Shown piece after piece: positions 33,408 to 48,600 of a DNA stretch of 64,000 nt (its first letter is position 1; every line of letters begins with the position of its first letter). The stretch is from NCBI GenBank assembly GCA_964304625.1, contig OZ199840.1:6445120-6509119 (forward strand). The letters run 5' to 3'. The stretch comes from Kudoa neothunni. Taxonomy: Eukaryota > Animalia > Cnidaria. The notes beneath the pieces are model-generated. The model was not told the DNA's origin, made no database searches, and saw nothing but the letters and a program-made list of their open reading frames with translations. The position numbers and the translations under genes were made by a program.

Positions 33408-35795
33408 ATGGTGGATTTAGTTAGAATGGTCGAATTGAAGAACAGTGGTAATTCAGCACAACTGAATAAGACGGACACTAAAACGAATTCACATGAACTA
33501 TTAAAGCAGCCAACTATTGCAGATAACCATCAAAACAAAAATTCTGACACGCCATCATATTATCCTGGAATCATTTTAAAAAATGTCTGTTACCTAAATA
33601 TTGCCATAGTTTAATATTCTTGCTTTTCCTTATGTGTTGGGCAATTGTTGGCCAAGGGATGATTGTTAGTGGTCAATTGCCAATCACGCTGCCTATGTTA
33701 GAAAAAAACTTTGGTTACACAAGTGTACAAACTGGGCTCATACACAGTTTCTATGATGCCTTTTTTCGGTTTGAGTGCTATTTTTGTTGGTTTTTTGGAA
33801 GAAAAAGGAAAATTATGGTCATCGGTATTGGAATATTTGTTATGGCATTTGGATGCTTTCTTTTTACAATGCCGAATTTTCTTTATAATTTCAAGGACGA
33901 TTTTCCTTTGTCTCCGGCACATACCGACACAAGTTCAAGAACAACTCATAAATATGTGGATTATGGGATGTGTAATGTTAATCAAAATATGATTGACGAT
34001 AATCCAAACAAAAGTAAAATAGAGTATCTGGCAATATTCTGTTTGGGCTATAGTTTAATTGGTAATGTTTTGGTTGAGGTGAATAACTGCGAAAGACTGA
34101 ATATTTTATAGGAATTGGAGCGGCTCCAATGCACACCTTGGGTGTAGTGTATTTTGATGAACATCTTACTCCGCAGTTAAGTGGAATGTTTTTGGGAGTA
34201 TATTACTTTTTCGGATCAGTTGGACCTGCCCTTGGCTTTGGACTTGGTAGTCCATTTCTATCACTGCCTGTCACCCTAAAAAATAATCCACATTCTTTTC
34301 TAACACCATCAAGCGAGGGGTGGATTGGTGCTTGGTGGCTGGGATATATTGTAGGTGGTGGAATGTTACTGGTCGTTGGATTTCTGTTTGTGCTGTTCCC
34401 CTCAAGAATATCGCCCCAACCTACCTCATTCGGTTCAAGCCAATTCTCAAACCCAAGCGCCCTACGCCCAAAATCTAAATTTACCAATATAATAAACTAT
34501 TTTAAGTCATTCAAAGGCTTGATCAAAAATGTTCCATACATGACGCTCATCTGTGGAATGGCCATTGAAGGTATCGTCGTTAACGGATTGGGAACTTTTC
34601 TTACCAAAATCATTGAAGTACAATTTCGAGTTAACTCTGGAAACGTAATTTATTACATTTATACAAATTTCCAAAATATATCTATCTTTCTCTATGTAAA
34701 CATAATCATGAATATATTAGGCCAGCTTGCTCTCAGGTGCACTTGTCGTGGTTGGTGCTGGTCTTGGAGCTATCCTTGGAGGATTAATTGTCAAAAAAAT
34801 TGGCAACTGTGCTAAAAGAAAAGCTCTAATCATTTTTATTGTTTCTATACTCTCTGCAATATTTTTTGGAAGTTTTTTATTCGGATGTGGTGCCAGAGAT
34901 ATCAGTTTAATCGCGCTAAATGATAAGTTTGAGTAATTTAGGGTCATATATTGGGCAAACACCATTCTCATATGTTGAATTTAGAATTACTTCAGAGAAA
35001 GCACCATGCCAAAAATCCTGCAACTGCTATTCTAATAAGTATGAGCCGGTGTGCAATGTGAGAACCCAAGAAACTTACTTCAGCCCATGCATGGCAGGTT
35101 GCCGAAACAACTACACAAAAAATAATAAATTGGTGAGTATTGTCGTTAACTAGTGATAAAATATTCATTTTCCTATCTAATTAGATTTTTTACAATTGTG
35201 GCTGTCTCAAATCACCAAAAGACGAGATCGTTCAAGGAGGATGTAAAGAAAAGTGCAATCTATTATGGGGATATATGCCATTGGGATTTTTGGCGTTGTT
35301 TTTCAATTTTATCATATTTGTTCCCGAGCTTTCGTTAATGTTACAGTAAATTACAATAAATTCTGTAGTTAATCATTTTTAATATGGTTGCTAAGGTTGT
35401 TGAATGAAAAAACAAAAAATTCAGGAACTGGTCTTCAACAAATAAGCGCACGAATAGGTTTTATTATAGGACCCATTATCTATGGATATCTTCTTGATAT
35501 CAATTGTATTCTGTGGTCGAAAGAATCGTCCGGTATAACTTCCAATTGCTCTGAATACGACAATCCAAAAATGAGGTCCAACGAGAAATTTTCTAATGAG
35601 ACTTGTATAATTAATTTCATTAGATTGTATCTCGCATTATCTGCTATTGGAGTGAAATTCATATCATCAGCTTGTTACTTTATTACGTACATATACAGCA
35701 GAAATCTTACGATTCCACAAAAACCGATAAACGTAAATCAAAATGTATCAAATGAAATTCCACCCCCTGCACGTGAAATTCATGTTAAATTATGA
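33408..35795 (+). CDS. Organic anion transporting polypeptide (OATP/SLCO family)
   Basis: LEKNFG..S...G, GIGAAPMHTLGVVYFDE, GPALGFGLG, WIGAWWLG, Kazal-like CNC...YEPVC...TYFSPCMAGC, and GPIIYGYLLDINCILW...C..YDN. Introns at 34062-34111, 34645-34720, 34927-34984, 35133-35184, 35346-35395 and 35576-35623. Three 1-nt frameshifts in exon 1 are probably sequence errors. Confidence 0.9.
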
Positions 35796-38700
35796 TACGT
35801 GTTACATAGATATCGATTTATGGTGTATTGTAATGTTTTAATTCTTTTGTCTTCTTTTAAAAGTTTCGATTCATAAGCTGAGTCGATGAGAGGCATAGAA
35901 ATGACTTATTCAATAATTTTTTCGTTTCATTCACTAGCTTTAATAAGGGTACTAATCTTTTATCGGAAAAACATTTTACTTTTAATTAAAATCATATTCT
36001 TCGATTTTTGTATCAAATAAATTGTAATTATAGAAATAATAAATATTAGAGAGGTTTCTTTTATTGTAATGCCATCGAATTTCATAATTAATTCGAGTAT
36101 GAATGTGGTCTAAATTCAGAGTCAATAAAATATGGATCGTATCGGTGCAGCATTCTTTAAAGCATTAACTAATGATTCAAAATCCAATTTTATCTTTTAA
36201 TTTGAATGTCATTAATTAAGGAGAATTTTCTATTATTTATATGAATTAAAATCCTGGTTGTCTCAAGTATTTTAATGAACGTTATGGACGTTAGGTAAAA
36301 TGACCAAAAACCGAGGAGATAATGTAAAATTAAACTCCGATCCCACAAAATTAATAAAAGAGTTTCGCAGTCGGAACTTTCACTGTATTATGTTAAGTAA
36401 TTAAATTTATGTAATTCTTCCTTGACTGTTTATTCTTATTAACAATCTGTAAGTGCTGAATTTAATTTAAACGCTTGCACAAGACTTCTATTATTTAGCA
36501 TATATTGTGGAAATTATTTTTAGAATTTTTATCATTACTTTAAATTAAAATGATCTTGTCAGTTTTTGTTGATACGTTATCCTTTAAGTCAATAAAGAAC
36601 AAAATTTTAGTCCTGGCAGTGTCATCAGTAAAATAACAAGCTAGACGATAATGTGCGGCGTGAGCGTGAGTACTGGCTTTGCAACCTTAAATTTTTCATT
36701 CGATTTTTGTTATTAGTAGGAAGACTTCGTTTCTGTATTAGTATAACGCAACGCTTCCATATTCATTTTAGTTTCCGGACCCCCTACCACTTTCGAGGAC
36801 AACTCCACATTCCTTCTCAAAAAAGAGATTTAAAATTTATTTATTTTTAGGTCCGGACAATATTTTTATTAAAATTACGTTAAAAAGAAAAAACCGTCTA
36901 TTTTTACAAAAAACAAATGTGAATAAAATAAAACTGATAATAAATTAAATGGTTTGATTTTTTTTCTTGTTTTTTTGGGAAATAATTAGGTTAAATAAGA
37001 CTCTTAATCGGATAGATATGAATAAATAATAATTTGTAAATGTACAAGATATGTTAACATTATCGTACAAAATATCAAATGTGAGCAGTTGAACTTCTGC
37101 GAAATTCTGGATTTTATATTTTTTTTAATTATAAATTTAAAATTAAATAAGGAAAATAAACATTTGACTCAATCTCGAATGGATGGTTTTAATCTACATA
37201 ATTTTTGAGTGAAATTGATTCTAATTTAAAGTATAAGAATTTAAGGTAATTGAACAAACTAATCTAAATAACGTAATCTTGACACCAGTTGAATTTTAAT
37301 TCTTACTTGTCTTATAGTTTAATTATAAATAAGATATAATACAATTTATAATAATTTAGTCAATTTTAAAACATTTCATGTCGTTTATCTTTCCCATTAA
37401 AAAGTAAATATTTCCAAATTTTATATGTTGTACCATTTAAAATAAATAATTTATTTACGAATGAAAAAGACAGAAGTAATCATTTTTATTTTATATATTA
37501 ATAAATAGAAAATAGTAGACGGAAAATCCAAATTAATTTTCAGTAAAATTCATCTAAGGATTCTTTTTTAACAGACTTATCTCAGCTTCGATTGCGCACG
37601 AATCGCACATGGTATATTTTCGAGAGAGATTCTGATTATTTGGAATCGATACATTATGTACAAGGTATGCTTAGCCGTACAGCTTTTTCGTTGACTCTAG
37701 ACGTGAGTCTTGGACCCCCAGTAACTGTCTCCTGGATCCCTACTCGGGATGCCGTGATAAAAGCTATTTGGGAACGGAAATTATTATTGGAGCTTACGTT
37801 CAAAATTTAATGAGATATGATGCCATTAAAGTTTGATCCAGTTGGAGAAAAATAGATTTTTTCGTTAAAGTTGACAGAAGGTCATAAATATAAGTAAAAC
37901 GTGGCCTTGTCGAACCAACGCTTTTCTAGGGATAGGATTATAGGTGAAGATCGTTTTGAGAAAATGATTTTTGGAGCATTAAGCTTTTACTACTAACGCA
38001 GAAACATAGAATCCGAAAATAGACACTTACCTGTGACACTCACTGGGTTCACGAAACAAGTTTAATAACTAGTCGTGGATTCCAAAACCCAATGAATTGC
38101 GCTGATATATTGTTTGTCTTTCGGTAAAAGCGCTATTGTTTACTCGTAATAAATTTTTCTACTTCTTTAAATAAAAATTCGGTATCCACTTAATACATTT
38201 TGCTTTTATTTAGAGAATATCAAATCCAATTTATAATTAATCGAGTTAAATGATGAAATTTGTTTCTATTCTTTTAATTGAGGAATAACTATATCTCCTG
38301 AACGAATCTTAATTCTATTTGATCCCACTGTCTTAATGAATAAATTGATACAAAGAAAATTAAAGGGTTAACATTAAATTTCAAAAAATTATGCAGAATA
38401 AATTATCGGAAAAGTCGTCATAAATGTTCCACCAGTTAATACGAATGGAGGCGAAAATATGCTTTTTTGGTACAACAATCCCATTAATGGTCACGATCTA
38501 ATTTTGAAATTGACCAAAGTGAAATCTTTACAAACATCTATTTTAATGTTGTCCTAACGTATTATTTTAAATAAAATCGTTAGGACGGTGTTGTTTCACG
38601 TATGAACATCGTGGCAAGGTGGCATTATTGGATTAAAAAAGTTTGTAAAGGAGATATAATTGATAAAAAGGAGGATGTTACTAAATGTGTGGCACAGAAT

Positions 38701-40524
38701 TAAGGAATTAACTGATTGTCTGGATATATTTTTGAGGATTATTTTTCCGATTTCATTGTAAACAATGCACAATATTCAAGAAAGCTTGGATCCTTTCAGT
38801 AGATTAAATGTTGGAAGCAGTTTTCGAAAACAGAATTTGGGCTATCATTTTGTGTTCGTATGCACATTTCTATGTGTAAGTCAAAATTATACTCATTTAT
38901 TTTTATTTGGCGTAAGCATAACAATAGAAACATTCTTGACAAGTCAGTGAGATGATTTATAAAATTTACAAACGCGCTCCGTTTTCGCGACCTTTTTTAT
39001 CAACTACAAAAGAAAATTAACGAGCTTTGTCATTCAAATCTCTATCCAACAACTATTTTATTTTAGTTCCCAATCACAGAAAATTATTCTCATTATACTC
39101 GAAAAAGGTGCCTGATACAATCAAATATCTGCATTTCTTGATCAACGTCATCATGTTCCGGCGAAAATCCTTTTTTCTCTGCATTATTTTTCAACAAGAC
39201 TAAAAAATAAACAAAATATAACTGGAAACAGATTTTAAAATTTTTATAGGTTGTTTTATTTTTTAGGATAACAATTGGAGCTGTTTTAATACAGGTTCAA
39301 CGTTTCATTTTCGCACAATTAGCGCATAAATAAATTTTTAAATCTTCATTAAACTCGTATATTTATTTATATAATTGAATATATTATTACATTTTAGCAT
39401 TGTGTTTATTTTTAATTCTAAGATGAAAAAAAATTTATTCTTACCACTTAAAAAGTTAACAAATGTAACAAAAATAAATTTTTAGAGGAAAATATTTTCA
39501 GAAATTAAACATAAAGTAAATAGAAACATGAAGAAAAAATATAATCGCACCGGCCAACTTCGTGACCATCGCGCAACGTCGTTAAACCCTTTTATACTCA
39601 AATTTTGTGTGTGCAGTCTAAAGATAATATATTGCATAAAAATTGTTATTTATAACAATTTTAAATGTTTAAATAAATTTTATCAGCCATTATTATAAAA
39701 TTACTGGAAAAATGAAAATTCGATTAAAATTCGATTTTTTGTATAATAACCATGTAAAAATCTCAAGATGTCTTTAAAATGTATTGAAATTTATTTTTTA
39801 GTAGATATGTAAACAATAGCTCAAAATAACCAATACGCTTACATCGATAGGTTTTTTTGTACGTGCGCGCCAAAAAAATTTGTAAACTTATTTTAAAACT
39901 ATTTCATATCGAAAAATATTTCACGCTAAATTTTTTAAATTGGGGTATAATTTTTTAAAGTGAGAAATATTTTTTTCTTTCTATGAATTTTCGTTTTAAG
40001 TGTATTGTCATCTAAATTATATCCAAATGGCTATATAACAAAATTCGATTGTATGTGTGCACGGAAAACAGTCTAAAAATGGTTACCTATTATATTCAAT
40101 TTGTAAGAATTTAGAAGGTTGCGTCGGAAATTATATATATTATATAATATTGAACAAAAACAACTCATTACAAAAAAATTATTTAATTTCTTCTATCAAG
40201 AAACATTGTTTGTGAATCCAAAGAGATGCAAATAATATCAATAGTGGCCAATTGCAAAATTAAGATTTTTCTATCAATATCTGATAATCAAGAAAACACA
40301 AAATTAAACATCCACTGATAAAAAAATAACTCATAGTGTTTCTATACAATAAAATATCAGTTCAGATATCCAAATACCGGAGCAATGACTCTATATTTGA
40401 AGTAGATATCCACACGATGAGAACAACAATATAAACTCAAAGTATAAAATAGAAAATTTTCATCAAAAATCACAGCAAAGTGATTTCAAAATAGTTATTG
40501 TAGTCTGAAGCTTACTGAGCACAA

Positions 40525-43500
40525 TTAGAACCGTTGAGAGTCGTAAGGATTGTTAATTTGCTCATTTTCAGAAGATTCCATCTCAGGATAGCTAGCCAAT
40601 TCGATATTCTTTTTAATTGTGCCCAGTCTACTTACAGCCTTTGCGGTTCTAGTAGTGCGATAATTTCCAGTGTTGGAATTACTTTGATGTTTGTCAGTTA
40701 TTTGGGGGCAGGAAGTCGGGTTTATCTCAGATATACTTGATAATTCGACCACATTATTAGATCTTGAAGAGACTGAATTAGTACGTTGTGTGGTATCACT
40801 GTTGTGTGGGATATTCAAGCGAGAATTCTGAAGGTAAGTCCAATTGTCGTCCGATTCAAACTGGGTAAAATCCAGACTTTGTTCAAGTTGGTTGAAAATA
40901 TTATCAATTTCTAACTCTCCCATTTCATCAGATCCGTCCACAATAGAGTTCTTCTCATTCTCGAATGTGTTATCCCTTATACTGCTTAATTTAGTTTTAA
41001 CAAAAGTATTCTCGTTTCTTTGTGCACCAGTCCGGGCATCAATACTGGACTGTTTGAGTGGATTGGCAAAGTTTGAATCAATGGGATTCTTATTCACATC
41101 GTGCATATCCATGGATGAGGCGAGACTTGGTTGTTTTTCAGCAAAGGGCTTAATTTCACCCAATTCAGCGCTACTTGAGTTGGATTGAATGTCACAACTA
41201 ACCAGGCGCTTGTCTATTCCAATACCAGCTAGTACTGTTAAGGTAACTGTGGATCTTTTTGAGGTGTCTGTCAACAAATCTATGAAATTCTTATAGGTAA
41301 GACAAAGAAGGGGGATTTCGTCGATTTCAAGGATGTGAGTATCGTTTCTAAGACCACTAAAATATGCGATACATTTGTTGTTGACGTGAGTAATAATTCC
41401 TTTTCTATTGATATGAAGATCATTGAGGAGGTTAGTGTATTTTTCAAATTGGATGGATACAGTTTCGACATTTTTAAGTAAGAAACGCAAACGACATATA
41501 ATGTATGGGAATTCATCTTTGGTGGACTCATCACATAACACCATGAGAATGTTTTTGGGTTTGTAGTAGATATCGATTCTTGTTCCCGATGTGCTTTTCC
41601 AGAAGAAAATATTTGAAAAGTCGATTGTTACAAGAGGCTCTTTACGGAACGAATCAACGAACATGATCACTTGATTAGCAATGATCATTCTACATTTAGT
41701 AGCCACCATGTTTTCACCGGAACAAACTTCGACATTCCAAGCGACCCCGTTATATGTAACTAATTCGGGAGATATTGGGAATATGGTTTCATTAATTTTG
41801 AATTTCTTTTGAGACCATTTTAGTTTTTGGATTTTCTTCTGATTATTACTGCTAGAACCATTGAAAGAAGCATTTGATTGTAAATTGGAGGTTGATTGAT
41901 CAGGTTTATTGGTTGATGAAATAGCTGATGGTGCAGAATAAGTGGTAACAATATTTTTCAAAACTTGATATCTTGTTCGCATAGACATCATATAGAATTT
42001 TCTTGCTTTGTATGCTGCAAATTCGGCGTTGATAAGTTTGGTGAGTAGGAAATCTCTAAAAATCTCATTCTTTTTGTATGATCGTGCTATAGGTGGACCA
42101 AAATAGGGAACATCTCGTTTGCGTGATACCGACACCAAATACTCACCATCGTGAGTGTGTCTCACACACATGACCACATGAGTGAATTGGGTGTGAAACG
42201 AGACAGGATCGAGAGGAAGAGCATCAGCCTCTTGAAAAACCACAATCACAATATCATTTCCTATGAATCTTTTGCGATCGATTTGCTGTGGGTTACTTTC
42301 GCTAAACGGTATCATAGTTGAGACATGAAACATAATTTCTCGTCCAAAAAATTTGGTGTAAATAGAGTGGGTGCCAGTACGGTCATTTTTTACATCGAGT
42401 TGAGCGAAGAATTTAGGATTTTCCGGCGTGGAAAAGTCTTTCAACCGTACTCGGGTTCCAATCAAATGGAGAAATTCATAAAAATTATCACTTCCATCTC
42501 GATTGTTGTAGATTTCCCTTTCAGTTGATTGGTTATTTTCACAATATAATACACCAATTTTGAACTTTTTGGCGAGACTGGTTTCATCAAACTTGAGTAT
42601 TTCATCTTCGATCTAAATGGTGGTCAAAATTGTTAATGCAACCCATATAAAATAGAAATCTCATAATTACTTTTGGATGATTTGTAACAACATAAGCATT
42701 AGATAGATCTAAATTCGGCAGCACGTAGTTAATAATATCTGAATTGTGGTTGGAGTCGGGTGCAATAAACTTTTTGATTGACACATTTTTAGGAAAGCCT
42801 TCGTAAAGTGTAGCTCTTAAACTGATAGAATTAACTGAACGCACAATGATTGAATGTTTTAGGTAGAGTGAGCCTTCGACATTTTGATCCCTGTTTGAAT
42901 TGGGATTACTCATCCCCTCGTCTGGATTAGTGACGTTTGATGATTGGTTCTGTGGCTGATTACCTTTTCCATGGGGTCTACTGCGACCGTGCGAGATAGA
43001 CGTATGAGATTTATTTGGATGAGACGAATTTCTACGTTCGTCAGCCTTCCTCGTGAATAAAGATATCACCAAAGGTCCATAGACTGGATCGTCAAGTAGA
43101 ATATTTTGGTGAGATTTTCCGTAAAATTCATGTCGATACACCAAACTGCCGTATTCTATATGCTCAAAACAAAAAGTTCTTTTCAATGATGGATCGACAT
43201 GAAAATGAGATCTCATATTCGAGTTCGTTGGGAAGCGTCCTCGGTATAGACTTTCAAACTGTTTCATGTTGATTTTGGTAATTTTTGATTTGGAAAAATC
43301 TCCACAAGTTTTGCTTCGGTGATTCCCTCCACCGAAATTGTTAAAAGCAACAGCGTGGTTTCCATTTGGATAATTTGAGTAGTCGAGATCGTTTTCATCT
43401 AGGTCACCATCTGTACTTGATGATCTTCTTCTGAGTTCAGTATCCCATTGGAGAAGATCTTTGTGAATACCTTCGAACAGTCGAAAGGGGTTGTTTGGAT

Positions 43501-43858
43501 CATCACTGGCACAAAACTCAAAAAATCCAAGATATTGTGGATTGATACAATTAATGAAAAATTGGAAGGTTTGCAACGGAGCAATAACTTCATAATTGGA
43601 TAGGATTGTGTCAGGCAACACGTTTGCAGGAGGAACATGATTATCACTTTTAAAAATCGACAATAAGAATATTTTTTCAAGATGCTCTCGAATCGCATTC
43701 TCACCAAACTGTTTCTGTAAATGACTGATGGATTTTTCACTAGGCCCTTTAGGGCAGGCATAATCAGTTCCCTGGGTGAAATAATGCGAGGAAGAAGGTT
43801 CACAAATGCAAAATGGGGTTTCATTTATGAAACCATTTCCACATTTAACAAGATTCAT
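40525..43858 (-). CDS. SIPA1L/SPAR-like Rap GTPase-activating protein with a degenerate PDZ domain
   Basis: FEHIEYG..YRHEFYGKSHQN...YGPLVISL; phase-0 intron 42613-42670 (HPK|IEDEILKFDE); KIGVLYC; IMFHVSTMIPF...RKRFIGNDIV; PDZ-like LHINRKGIITHV...GLR. The frame is open to ~43996, so the true start is unresolved. Confidence 0.9.
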
Positions 43859-45604
43859 TCGGTTGAATGAATCCAAATTAAAGTCCCCACTATGAAGATA
43901 TAAAATACGTCGTTTACAATTACACTCAGGTTGATGTTGTATGAGACCCGCGCCACTTTTGATGAAATTATCTATATGATGAACAATTAGATTACGTTAC
44001 AGCACGAAGATGTTTGAATAAATCATATTGAAAGTAGATTTAATTTAACTAAAATATTTTAATTGTCGTACAGAATAAATAACAATCTTACTTCATCTAC
44101 AGCTCTACTGAGAAATAAAGTTATCATTCGTTTCAAAAAATAACTGCAAAAGGGAAATTTAAATCATTCCATTAAAAAGATATATAAATAATTCAATCCG
44201 CATCTTTTTCAGGAATCACGATTTTTATTTCTGTTGTTCCTTTCGCAGAAATGGGCTATTTAAAAATGGCGCTGCAGATTATTATAGAAACTATATAAAG
44301 TGATTTATTCAAATTAATAGTGGTGACATTAAAATAAATTTAATAATTTAATTAAATAATAGAGTTTTACAAAACGGCAATATATTAAACCATAAGACAA
44401 CTAAAAGTATTTTTCTAACAAATATGATTTATAATGGAACATTGGAATATTACATTTCATTGTCAAATAAAATATTATAAACTTTTTGAAATGATAATCA
44501 CATTATTTCTAATACTTATAATATATTTTAAATTCAACAAGTTATAATATAAATTCTTATTCTGTTTGGTACAATATTTATCAACTTAAAACGAGGTTCG
44601 CACTTCCAATTTATATACATTTATATTGAAGTAAATTTCACATCTAATAATAATGTTAAAAATTAATGATGAAATAAGAAAAATGATTAAAATTAAGCGA
44701 ATGATTTATTTCTATCATAAGGTCCTTATTACAATTACATTTGGTTAATATGCTTAAAATATTGTCAATAATCATTAATTTTACAGTTACTTAATTGGAA
44801 TTAATTCTTAGATTAGATTATTAGAAAAAAATCGATTCATATAACCTATTTTCTCCAATTTATTTATATTTTAAAAAGTAAGTGTCCATGATTATTTGAT
44901 GTATTTAAATAAAAAGGGACAAAGAAAATTTTGTAGTAACTTATTTAGATGAGGGTCATTTGTAAAATGATCAGGAAAAAATTAATAAAAATAATGTAGA
45001 ACTATTTTTTTCATTAGATTTAACAAGATGTAAAAAATTCAGATTAATTTTAAACATTCCAATATTTAAGGTCACAGTGGATTCTTGCCTTTTCCCAAGT
45101 TTGAAAGACCTGATTTATCACTTTACGAGAAAAAACTATTAACTATATTTAAACTGCACATAATTGAATAAATATTATTTTGATTGAGAAACAATAAAAA
45201 TCGGTTGCTATGTCTTGGACAGTGAATTCGTTCGTTAATTAAATCATATAAAATTTTGATCCTATTTATCATTAGCCAATTTAGTTTTTTTTAATTTTTC
45301 AACAACTTTGATAAGTTAATATATGGATACATTCGATAACCCTGATATCAACAATAGCTATGCACCTCGCATTGGAATCTAATACTTACATAAATTAATT
45401 ATTTGTTAATAAATAAAATAGATTTATTAATTATGTATTTTTTTATCATTAACTATTATGTTTTTACAAAATTTAACACTCAATAGATTTAAATAAATAA
45501 ATCTTAAAAGCATTCAATATGAAAACTTTTATCATTAAGGAAGAAATAAAAACTAATGGATAATTTGTAATATTTATATATCGCTAAATGTTACTCCTTT
45601 CTTC

Positions 45605-45630
45605 ATAATAATAATAATAATAATAATAAT
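45605..45630. repeat. (AAT)n microsatellite
   Basis: About 8 perfect units. Confidence 0.9.
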
Positions 45631-48600
45631 CATTGTGAAATATCTACGTCTCAATCAGCTAGTCGATTCCAAGTTCGATTTAATCGAATTGAGTTCCAAT
45701 TTCAGAAACCGGAGTAGGCAGAACTGAATGCGCGGTACAAATTAATATGAAAATAAATCATTGTTATTTTAATTCGTAGGCACAATTATTATTGTAGTTT
45801 AAAATACAAAAAAATGATTTTATAACCCATACAAATATTATTTTGGATTACATTGAATCTATATTTTCAACAAAATCCTAATTATACAAAATTTTTAAAA
45901 AACTATAAAAAAACTTAATGTTGAAGATCTATTGAAGAACAAAAATTTATAATAATATATAATAAAATTCGTGATAAATTCAGAGTCAGAGGAATAAATA
46001 TTTCCATAATAAAATTTGGAACTAGAAGGTACACATGACGCTCAATCGCGATAAAATATGCACAAAATCAATTTCACATCAAAATTCGGGGTTTAATTGT
46101 TAAATCGGACAATTAAAAAATACATCTTATTAATTTATCAGATCTTTAACTAGTATATTTTTTTAACCTACGATATATCTGTACAAATTTAAGAACTTAT
46201 AATTTTAGGCGCCTAAAACTTTTGTCAATTTTATATTTGTTATAATTATTCTCATAATGTGGATAAATAATAAAAATTTATAATTTTCCAATATAAATTC
46301 ATAAATATAATAAATCAAAATTTAACCTTACTTTTTAATAAATCTTCAGTCTTTACAAAATTTGCTGGTTTATTGGTTGTTGTAGATCTATCTTGTAGAA
46401 AAAATGACGAGTCAACTAGATTATTCGGTCAAAAACATATATCCAGAAATACACATACAGTATTTTTTCAAAGTTTCTCCATTACTGTCATATTCTACAG
46501 TCTCGTTACAGAACGGGGGATCCACAGCAGTTGCGTCTGGCGCGTTGGTCACAAACTTCACACAATATGAGGCATCTTCCAACGAGAACAGAGTGCTATT
46601 ATAGTCCATATAGGATAGATGTCGTTCAGCAAATTGTATGCGATCCTGTTTGGATTCGCCCAGGTAGCTTCGTCTGGCATTTGCTGTCTGGCTGGGTTTT
46701 TTCGACAATCTACATATGATGTAAATTTTTAGTTCAATCAACGCTTCGATTATATCCCAAAGATTCATCAAATTAGTAATATGTTTAAGGGTTATGCAAA
46801 GACGTGTGCAATGCTTAAAAGAATTAAAGTTTACGATTGACAAAGATGATCACGAATCTACTTATGCTCTCAGGGGATATCACGCTATGACAACTCACAT
46901 TGTACATAGAAATCATAAAAACAAATAAACAGTTATGGAATACAATCGAAAAAATTATAGAATTAAAATTTCATTAGCTTGGCTGTCAACTGTGTTTTTT
47001 GTATTAAGATAAATGTACAGTGGTTATCATCGTGCGGCGGACGAAAATGAACCATATACTTGATATAATATCTTATTTTATTGTTAAATATTTAAATTCG
47101 TTTTAATTTAGAAATAGTTAATTGTTAGCATAGTTTCAAAAATGCCACCAAACACCAGATTAGCTTATATATATTTTGCGGTAATAAAAAGGGATGATTT
47201 AAATTCGTGTCTGATCCGCCATGCAATCGTGACTTTGCCACTTAATACCTCCAAAATAAAATTATTTTAAATTAAAATTCGATTCGAAATCAATAATACA
47301 TATGGTAACGATAAAGGATGAATATTAATGATCATTCATTGAAAAAAATATAAATTTTAATAAATATTATGAATGTGTGGAACGTATTATGTGATTAATT
47401 ATCCTTCTGTGTGCATATTAATTTTGTACGTCAGAAAATATTATCCTATTGTTTAAAACTAAGTATCAACGCCAAAAAATGAATATAAATTTCTAGTTAT
47501 TTACTTACTTCAACAATATCATAAAAGATATAAATACTAAGAAGTTCAATTAATTAAAGAGGATTAATATATTAACGTAATAGGATTATTTTATAAGCAA
47601 TATTTAGCCAGCAGTAAAATCAAACATTAGCGCCTATCCAATAAAACTATTAATTCAATCAACTAAATATTGCCTAAATATGTTAATTTAGTTTGAAAGA
47701 TACAATTCTACTAAAGTAAGATCCATTGCTAATATTATTTTAATAAAATTTAGTTTAATTCAGAATTATATTCCCTTTATTGGTTGAGATGCATATTTCT
47801 ATTTAATATTGAACGATATACAGAATGTGGACCTCGCAATATTTAATAAAAGTTCAAATATCTTAACTAATCTCAATTCAATCATTTTATTATCTATTTT
47901 TCTTCATTAGAAGATATTATTATCAACTGTTATCAATTATTTGATTGCTTAACTCAGGATCATTAATTTTTAAAGGACTTTATTCCTCTCGACACTACTA
48001 GAAAATCCAAACTTCAACAAATAAAAATATTTAAACAACCAATAAAGCATACCTAGCCAAACCTCTCTATTATCATTATAATTACAATAAAAGAAAAGAA
48101 AAGAAGAGGGAAGACAACTTTTGTTTATGATAAAATAGTTGGAGGATTTCGAATTTGATTGTATCGAAATTCAAACTACCTTCTAACAAATAACGGAATA
48201 TCAATAATTGTTTATTTAACTAGAAATATGACCAGTAAAACATGATCTAAAGAAAACAGCTTTAGATTGTGATGACCGTCATTGATTATCAAAAATAAAC
48301 CAACGCTAAGATCACAACTCATTAAAATCTTTCTGATAAATAAATGGAAGTTGCAGTAGGCTTACATTACAGATTATATTAGAAAAATAATGTCGCTGTA
48401 ACGATTTCAAGAGTAAAAATCTACTTTGATCGATTGCTCCTCATTGAATACGACGGTAATCAGCAAGATTCTAAGGTGATAATATATTCGAAATTTTCGA
48501 TATTTATTGATTTATCGGTCTAATATTGATGGTACAGCTTCAGTGAATGTTTTCAATCTGATACACTTGTATGACCTTTGGGTGGTACATTCGCTGAACG

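Noticed and set aside
37590-38100. Less AT-rich patch with a short ORF and a GTAAGT donor on the minus strand
   Set aside because: No coherent spliced frame or motif could be built.
38551-38586. Small hairpin GTCCTAACG...CGTTAGGAC
   Set aside because: Too short to assign to a terminator, RNA gene or element.
42465-42670. Apparent frameshift splitting the RapGAP into two ORFs
   Set aside because: Fully explained by a 58-nt GT-AG intron (42613-42670).
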